Origin: Eledone cirrhosa
Taxonomy: Eukaryota
Assembly: GCA_964016885.1 (NCBI GenBank)
Contig: OZ024743.1
Location: 334,056,001-334,120,000 of the forward strand
Length of the DNA stretch: 64,000 nt
Reading direction: 5' to 3'
A program made the translations under genes and the position numbers. The notes below the pieces were generated by a model. That model had not been told where the DNA came from. It did not search any database and saw only the letters and a program-made list of their open reading frames with translations. Numbering within the stretch: the stretch's first letter is position 1; every line of letters begins with the position of its first letter. Positions 56,206 to 64,000 of the stretch are shown here, one piece after another.

Positions 56206-59200
56206 ATGATGTTCCAAAACAATATAAAAGAGATAATTGGCAGGGGCCCCAGGTTATCGCAGTGTGGGCCCGCTCGTCATCGTGCCACTGTAATAGAGCC
56301 AAACAAGGCATTTAGTCTTGGCTGCTGGAACGTACGGACGCTGCTTGACAGGGATTCCTTGGAACGTCCTGAACGAAGGACCGCTCTTGTTGCAAAGGAG
56401 CTTCGACGTTACGATCTTGACATCGTGGCTTTATCTGAGACGAGGTTAGCTGGAGATGGTCATCTTACAGAATTTTGTGGAGAATATACATTCTTCTGGA
56501 AAGGAAGAGATGAAGCAACCAGAAGACAGGCTGGGGTAGGATTTGCTGTTAAGACTGTTCTTGTGAATAAATTAGAAGAAAATCCAGTAGGGATTAGTGA
56601 GCGTCTTATGTCCATGAGAATTCCGCTGGACAAAGGAAGATATGCGACCCTGGTGAGTGTATATGCTCCAACTATGAATTCTGTCGATGAAGAAAAAGTG
56701 TCCTTTTACCATGCTTTGAAAGTCATCGTGCTTGGTGACATTAATGCTAGAGTGGGTAGGGATTTTAACACATGGAATGGGGTGGGAAAGTGTAACAACA
56801 ATGGTATGCTCCTATTGCCGATGTGTGAGGAGCTGGATCTGTGTGTTACCACCACCATGTTCCAACAAAATAACAAATTTAAGACTACATGGACGCATCC
56901 TGCATCTAAGGAATGGCATCTTTTGGACTACGTCCTAGTCAGGATGACTGACAGACGGGATGTGCAGTGTGTTCGTGCTCTTCGTGGAGCTGAGTGCTGG
57001 ACGGACCACCGCCTGGTACGCACAAAAGTGAAACTAATCACTAAACGTAAAATCCGGGCTCCTGGTGTTGCTCTGCCCAGAAGATTGAATGCTGCTCGTC
57101 TTAGGGATAAAAATGTGAAGAGGACATTGGAAGAAGAGATGCAGGTTGCAGATCTTGGTGAGGATTGGCCGACCCTTAAAAAGTCGGTTTATGATGTAGC
57201 AGGCGTGTTCTGGGATTGGTGCAGAGAAAACATCAAGACTGGTTTAATGAGAATGATGTACATATAGAAGACTTGTTGGCTGATAAGAGGCGTGCTCTGT
57301 CACGCTACTTGACAGCAAAACCACAGGAGAAGAATATGTTGCATAAGGAACTCAATGATGTGAAATCACGTGTTAGGCGGAGTCTATCTCAGATGAAGGA
57401 TCAGTGATGGAGTGAGAAGGCTGGTGAGATACAAACTACTTTAGATTCCAATAACACAAAGCTGTTGTACAGCTCTTGCGTGAAGTTTATGGACCATCTT
57501 CTTCTCTCGTGACACCGCTTCGCAGCAAGGATGGCAAAGAACTTCTTCGTGACTCACAAGGAATTCTACGAAGGTGGCGAGAGCACTTTCATGAGCTTTT
57601 GAATCAGCCGTCTGTCGTCAATGAAGATTTTCTCAGTCTCATTCCAGAAATCCCGTGAAAGTAGTTCTCGCAGAACCTCCGACGCTTGTGGAGGTTGCAG
57701 TGGCTATCTCGAAGCTGAACAGTGGAAGATCTTCAGGTATGGATGGCGTACATGCAGAGCTCCTACAATATGGTGGCGAGAGACTTCTGCAACATCTTCA
57801 CTCTTTGTTTGGCAGGATATGGGATAATGAATCCGTACTTGAGGACTGGAGAGATGCAGTAATGGTGGTCTTGTACAAGGGAAAGGGTAACAGGAATGAT
57901 TGTGGGAACTACAAAGGTATATCATTGCTTTCTGTCGTAGGGAAAGTTTTATGTAGGGTGCTTCTGGACCGTCTGCTGACACACATTGCAGATTGTGTTC
58001 TTCCTGAAAGTCAATCTGGTTTTCGTGGTGGACGCGGCACTACTGATATGATCTTCTCAGCTAGACAGCTCCAGGAGAAGTGCATGGAACAAGGTTTGGA
58101 TCTGTATCAGGTCTTTGTCGATCTGACAAAAGCTTTCGATACTGTTAACAGAGATGCATTATGGAAGGTTCTCCAGAAACTTGGTTGCCCTGATAAGTTC
58201 CTTGCTTTGGTTAGGCCTTTCCATGACGACATGAAGGCTTGGGTTAATGTCGGAGGTAACATGTCGGAGCCTATCTCAGTAAAAAATGGAGTGAAACAGG
58301 GGGGGATATTCCAGCACCGACCCTGTTTGCCATATACTTTGCAATGGTTTTCTATATTGCATTCCAGGAATTGCGAGCATGGTGTTTACATCCGATATCG
58401 AACCTCAGGCAGCATATTTAACATCAGTCGCTTTGATCCCAAAACAAAAGTATTTACATCAATCATAAGAGACCTCTTGTATGCAGATGATTGCGATCTC
58501 GTAGCGCACACAGAGTGATATGCATCACATTTTGAATGCATTTTCTGACGCTTGCACTGCCCTAGGATTGACTGTCAGTCTCAAGAAAACCGTCGCCATG
58601 TACCAACCTGCCTCTGGTAAGCAGTACACTGAACCAAATATCTATGTGTATGGCAAACGACTTGGAGTGGTTGATCAGTTTGTCTACCTGGGAAGCACTG
58701 TCAATCGATACAGCAACCTTGACAGTGAAATCTCACTTAGGATTAGGAAAGCAAGTGATGCTTTCGGAAAGCTAGAAAGGCGACTCTGGGGTCGGCGAGA
58801 CATATACAAGAAGACAAAGGTAAAGGTGTACAAGGCATGTGTGCTCTCTTCTCTTCTTTATGCCTGCGAGACCTGGGTCACATATCGACACCACCTTAAG
58901 CAATTGGAGCGTTTCCATCAGATGTGTCTCAGACGGATCCATGGCGTTCACTGGAGGGACCACATCAGTGATGTCGAGATTTTGGAAAGCTCTCTGTGTG
59001 ACAGTATAGAAGCTCTTTTGCTTAAGCAACGACTCCGTTGGAACGGTCACCTTGCCAGGATAAGGAATTCTAGAATACCCAAACAGCTCTTTTATGGAGA
59101 GTTAGTTAAAGGAAAAGGATCTCCACATAAACCCCAAAAATAGGTATAAGGATTCCTTGAAAGCCTCTCTCAAAGATGCTAACATCTCTGCTGATACACA

Positions 59201-59643
59201 GGAAAATGTTGCTGCTGATCGTAATAAATGGAGAAAGACTGTATATGAGGGGACAGTTGCCTTTGAGGCATCTCGAATCGCATACAAGAAAGTAAAGCGG
59301 GATGTGAGGAAGGGCATTGCTGTTGCATTTCCAGACGGCGAGGGTCCTCCTATGGTGCTGACATGCAGAGTCTGTACGAGATTCTGCCTCAGCAAAGCTG
59401 GACTCGAAAGTCATCTTCGCAGTCATAAAGTCAGACCAGTGGTTGACTACAAGGCTGCTGTTGGAGATGCTATTCATCATGCTTGCCAAGCATGTGGTAG
59501 ATAATGTAAATCAGCAGGAGGGCTCAAGCGACATGCAAAAGTACATGAACTCCAACCACAGTCGGCTATTCCCAGTGAATGTTTTGGTTGCCAACTCTGT
59601 ACAACTCTGGCTAAAAAGCCACATTCGATCGCAGCGCTGTTAA
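56206..59643 (+). mobile_element. RTE-clade (BovB-like) LINE, degenerate APE-RT with C-terminal C2H2 fingers
   Basis: WNVRTL, RPERRTALVAKEL, ALSETR, YAPT, TDHRLV, LPESQSGFR, FVDLTKAFDTV, YADD, LLYACETW, RIPKQLFYGEL. Confidence 0.93.
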
Positions 59644-59749
59644 TTGCTATCGTGTATGTGTGTGTAGATATGTTTATGTGTTTGCGTGTGTGTGTATATA
59701 TATATATATGTATATTATTATTGTTGTTGTTGTCGTTATTATTATTGTA

Positions 59750-62700
59750 TTACATGATCAGCGAAAGGGACGGTTCTACTGTCCCTTCACCACACGATCA
59801 AGGTAAGTGACCCTTTCTCACTTGCCCCGTTTCTCATCCAACATGGCCGTACTCAGAATAGGCAGTATAAATGCACGTGGCCTGGGGTCATCTTGGAAGC
59901 AGGGTCACCTGCTCAACGACCTCAGGTCACTAAACATAGATGTGGTGGCCATCAGTGAAACCAGAATCTCCGAAGCACAAGCCTTCGCACCGATCTTCGG
60001 TGGCTACGATGTATACGCATCTCCCAGCCGTCCAGGATAGGGGGGGGGGGAGGTTTTGCCGTCCTTTTTCGGAGAGGCTTGGATCTCGCGATACGGGCCA
60101 TCTTCCTAGACCCAGAAGGTAAGTCGGTGGTGCTGGACGTGACCGGCAGCGAAGGCAATGCTTTCAGGCTAGTAGCCGTCTACGTCCCAACAGGGGCAGG
60201 ACGGCCAGATTTCTTCAGACGTCTAGAGACCTTTCTTGGAACGTCCCGCTCTTTAGTGTTAGTGGACGACTGGAACGGTATCTTGGATGCACGCTGGGAT
60301 CGTGTGGGGCTAGTGGATTGGGGAGGAGGGTGTAAGAGCCTCACCAACCTGCTCAGACGTTTTGAACTGTCTGACAGGTATCGACTGGATCACCCGAATG
60401 TGCCAATGTGGACATGGACAAACCGCATCGGGTCATCCAGATCGTATCTCGATAGGGTATTCTGCAGAGAACTAGATAAGGCTAGTATAAGTTGTCCACA
60501 ATTTAAAATAGTCGACTACACAGACCATAAATTTGTGATCTGTGAGATCGACATAGACAGACTTCATAGACAAGGGCCTGGTTACTGGAAGCTGAACGCG
60601 TCTTTCCCGGCGCGCAAAGCCTACAGCGTATTAGTTAAGCGGGCGTTGACGGGAGCGGTCTTCAACAACAGATGGTGGTTCGCCCTGAAAAGGGCAATTA
60701 AAGTAGAGTCGATTAGGTTTAGCAAAGGAGTAGTGATAGAGGGAGAGCTAGTCAGAAAGCTAGAAGAGGCGTTTAGGACAGGCATCGCAACCGACGTGCT
60801 TTCAGCGAGATTGGCACTCGACCAATTCTTCAACGCAAAACACGAAGGCTGCGTTGTCAGAGCTAGAGCGCGTGCTCTGAAACACGAGGGGACAAAAGCC
60901 GTCCAATGGACCCGGGTGGCAGAGGCGCGACGTGGCAACAAAGCCACAATTCGGTCTTTGTCTGACCAAAACGGGTGCGTGATGCTCGAACCCGAGCGGA
61001 TGTGTGAAGCTTTTCAGAAGCACTTTACTGAACTGTTCGGGAGCGGCAGCGGCCCGGATCGGGGCATGGACTTCAGTGCATACCTCGACGGACTGCCTCT
61101 GCTCTCGACGACCGCAGCACAGTGTTGCGAAAAGCCAATAACAGCCGATGAGATACGGGAAGCGATGGCTAACTGCACAAGGGGTAAATCGGCAGCAGAA
61201 CGGGAGCATTCCAAGTTTTGTGAGCCGGGGAGCAGTGGCGCTGCTGAGATAAGACCCAAGGGGGATGTTATCGAAAATTTCAGGCCCATAACCCTGCTAA
61301 ACGCAGAGTTCAAGATTTTGGCCAAGGTGTTAGCAACGAGGTTGGTGCTTGTGGTCAAGGGTCTGGTGGGAGAGGCGCAGACATGCGCCATTCCGGATAG
61401 ATCCACACACGACAACCTCCACCTCATGCGATACATCATAGAGAGGGTGGTTAAGGAACCTGGCAAGGGTGGGGCCCAGATCACTTGGATCAATCCAAAG
61501 CATTCGATAGGGTCGACCATCGGTACCTGGCGGCGGTCCTCGAGGCAGCCGGTTTCGGGCCCGTTTTCAGGGGTTGGATCGCAGCAATGTACAGTGACAT
61601 CTGCTCAGTTGTGAGGGTGAACGGTCACCTGTCGCAGCCGTTCAGCATCATGCGCTCAGTCCACCAGGGTTGTCCCCTCTCGTCCCTCTTGTACGTATTG
61701 GCTCTCGAGCCGTTACTGCACAAACTGGGGGCGATGAGGGGCGTCCCACGCGAACTAGGATGCGGGAAATCCGAGTCGGCTTACGCTGACGACGTTACCG
61801 TGGTGGTGTCGAGCACCAGACACGTCCAGATGCTCGGCACCGCTCTCAAGGAATACGAAGCGGTGACAGGAGCAAAGATAAACCAGGAAAAGTCGGTGGG
61901 CTTGCAGCTCGGCACCTGGAGAGGCAAGTCCATGCCGTCCGACAGCGTCGTGGGGCGTTGGACGGACGGACCGGTTAAATTGCTCGGGTTCTGGTTCGGA
62001 CCGGACCTCCAGATGGAGAAAATCTGGAACGAGGTGACGCGCAGGGTGGCCTCCCTCACCCAGAAATGGGCTGAGAGGAAGCTGTCCCTGAAAGGCCGGG
62101 CGGAGGTGGCGAATGCGTACATCGCATCCGTCATCTGCTACCGCCTCACCGTCGTCCCTTGCTCCAGCCGAACTCTCACCAAAATGGAGCGCCTCCTCTT
62201 CCGCTTTTTGTGGAAGGGAAGCGCTCCCATGGTCAGACGATCCATCTGCTGTCAACACCCATTGCGTGGAGGACTGGGCATGCCATGGCTGATGATGCGC
62301 AAACATGGGCTGAGGCTGCGACATCTCTGGTGCTTCTTGATGGTGAACGGGTGTGGTCGCAGTTCGCCAGGCACGTTTTCCCACAGCTCGTCTCCTTGAC
62401 GGAGCTGCAGTCCTGAAAAAGACCGAGGGATAGCGCTTGGAAACTGGAATGTCTCCAGGCGCTCATTGCCCTCTCTCAGCTGGGCACCAGTATCGGTGGA
62501 ACATCCACCTCGGCGTTATATAGAGGACTAGTGGAGGGGAAGAGCGACGACATTCTCAGAGAGATCCTGGGCGGCGAAGAAGATCAGCTGTTTGCTCTCT
62601 TCCGGAGAACTTTCAGCCCGGGGCCTATGGATAACTTCCAAAAATCCCTGGCCTGGCAGTGCTACCGAGGAGCGTTATCGGTTCGGGATAAGCTCTACAG

Positions 62701-62980
62701 GCACGGAAGTGCCGTCAGCCGAGCCTGTTCGAGATGCGCGCAGAGCGACGAAACCGTTGTGCACGCACTCGTTCAGTGCCCGAGCATTGCTGAGTTGTGG
62801 AACCATGTCGAACAGATGCTGTCGCGTGTAGGACTGATCCGGTTGTTGACTGAGTTCATTATGCAGATGGTCTCGCCGTCTTCCTTCGAGGAAGGGCAAT
62901 TTTTCATTGTTTCAAATTTCATTTTTATTGTTTATATATATATATTTGTTTCTATGTCCTGTGGCCAATAAAGAAATCAT
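59750..62980 (+). mobile_element. 5'-truncated L1/Tx1 LINE, related subfamily of the 15315 element
   Basis: ORF2 from ATG 59843 aligns to 17726 onward; internal deletion near 61190; ends AATAAAGAAATC(ATT)n; TTA/TTG repeat upstream. Confidence 0.9.
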
Positions 62981-62997
62981 TATTATTATTATTATCA

Positions 62998-63553
62998 CGA
63001 TGGATCCAGCTATCAGCTGAGTCCATCGTGAGGATTGCCCCGCCCCCTTCCTTTAGCCGGGAAGGGCAGGCAGTTTTTATCTGTCTGGTGGCCATGGCGA
63101 AAGAGATAGTATGGTGGACACGTTTGAAAGGGCTGAAGACGAGCACTTACCTCTTCGGTGATGCCCTGATTAACTTTTTCAAATTTCATTTGAAAAGGAA
63201 AACCAGGGTAGAGAGGGAAGTGCTCTCTTCCCAGCATTTTGTTGAAAGATGGGTGAGAGAAGCAAGTATGGCTCGAATGAATGGGCCTTCTCTGAGTATG
63301 TGTCTGTAAATTAAAGGTGGAAAACTGGGAGAGGGCACTTGCCCTGGTGGTCAGGGCCACTGTGGTCTTTTAATGGGCTTTCTCCACAAATGTCCTTCGG
63401 AAGTCTCCCCCCTATTGGGGAATTTTTCTTTGTTATTTTATTTCAACCTCCGTTTTTTTTACACGCAGAAATGCCCATTTGTACCGTCCTGTATTGTCCT
63501 GTACTGTCCTTAATGTCTACTTTATGTAAACCCTTGTGGTTAATAAAGAAAAC
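62998..63553 (+). mobile_element. Tx1 3' fragment closely matching 20779-21331
   Basis: Direct alignment including the 3' UTR; (TTA)n on both sides. Confidence 0.9.
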
Positions 63554-63675
63554 ATTATTATTATTATTATTATTATTATCATTATTATTATTATTATTGT
63601 TCTTTGAGTCTCAGTCATTGATGTTAGTTAACTGGAAAGTTTGTTGAAATGAATATCAAGCCACTACCTGCAGCC

Positions 63676-64000
63676 TCAGATATTCAGGACGTATCGGAGG
63701 GTTCTTGCTGTTCCCAGCAAGCATGTCTTTTGAAGCGTTCCAAAAAGCGTGAAGGGGCCAATTTTCTTTAACCATCCCTGGAAACTTTTTGAGATAGTAC
63801 CTAGTGCGCCTATGACAATCGGGACCACTTTCACTTCATGGCAGTTCCAAATCCTTTTTACCTCCCACTTTAAGTCCTGGTATAGGTTAATTTTCTCCCT
63901 CTCCTTCTCTTGCACTCTCGTGTCGAATGGGCAGGCCACATCCACAATCAGGCACGATCCTTTTTCTTTGCCCAAAACCACCAGGTCAGGTCTATTGTGT
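63676..64000 (-). pseudogene. Restriction-like endonuclease C-terminus of an R4/Dong-like non-LTR retrotransposon (runs off the window)
   Basis: HNRPDLVV..LIVDVACP.D..EKI..YQDL..VVPIVIGALG. Confidence 0.85.

Overview
This is a eukaryotic, almost entirely repeat-derived window with no recognisable host gene. The SINE families and dense (TA)n/(CA)n/(GA)n/(TTA)n microsatellites suggest a coleoid cephalopod, probably an octopus (inference). It holds at least six Penelope-like retroelement insertions: four with Naiad-type signatures (two of them one frameshift from intact, one a ~5.9 kb inverted duplication), one Neptune-like and one of another GIY-YIG clade. It also holds L1/Tx1 LINEs in (TTA)n, CR1/L2, RTE and R4/Dong-like LINE remnants, two Helitrons, Tc1/mariner remnants and many tRNA-SINEs. 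The main signal not visible in the ORF track is about 19 hammerhead-ribozyme (HHR) motifs on both strands, folded by eye. Most sit in Penelope pseudo-LTRs or in short non-coding cassettes inserted in (TA)n. Several have non-canonical cores (U3-A8 covariation, A4 or C4, very long stem II), and most are followed by a shared CTC..TYGAGYRC motif. A non-autonomous Helitron carries an intact-looking spliced 107-aa STPR-like mini-ORF. All structures and coordinates were read manually and boundaries are approximate.
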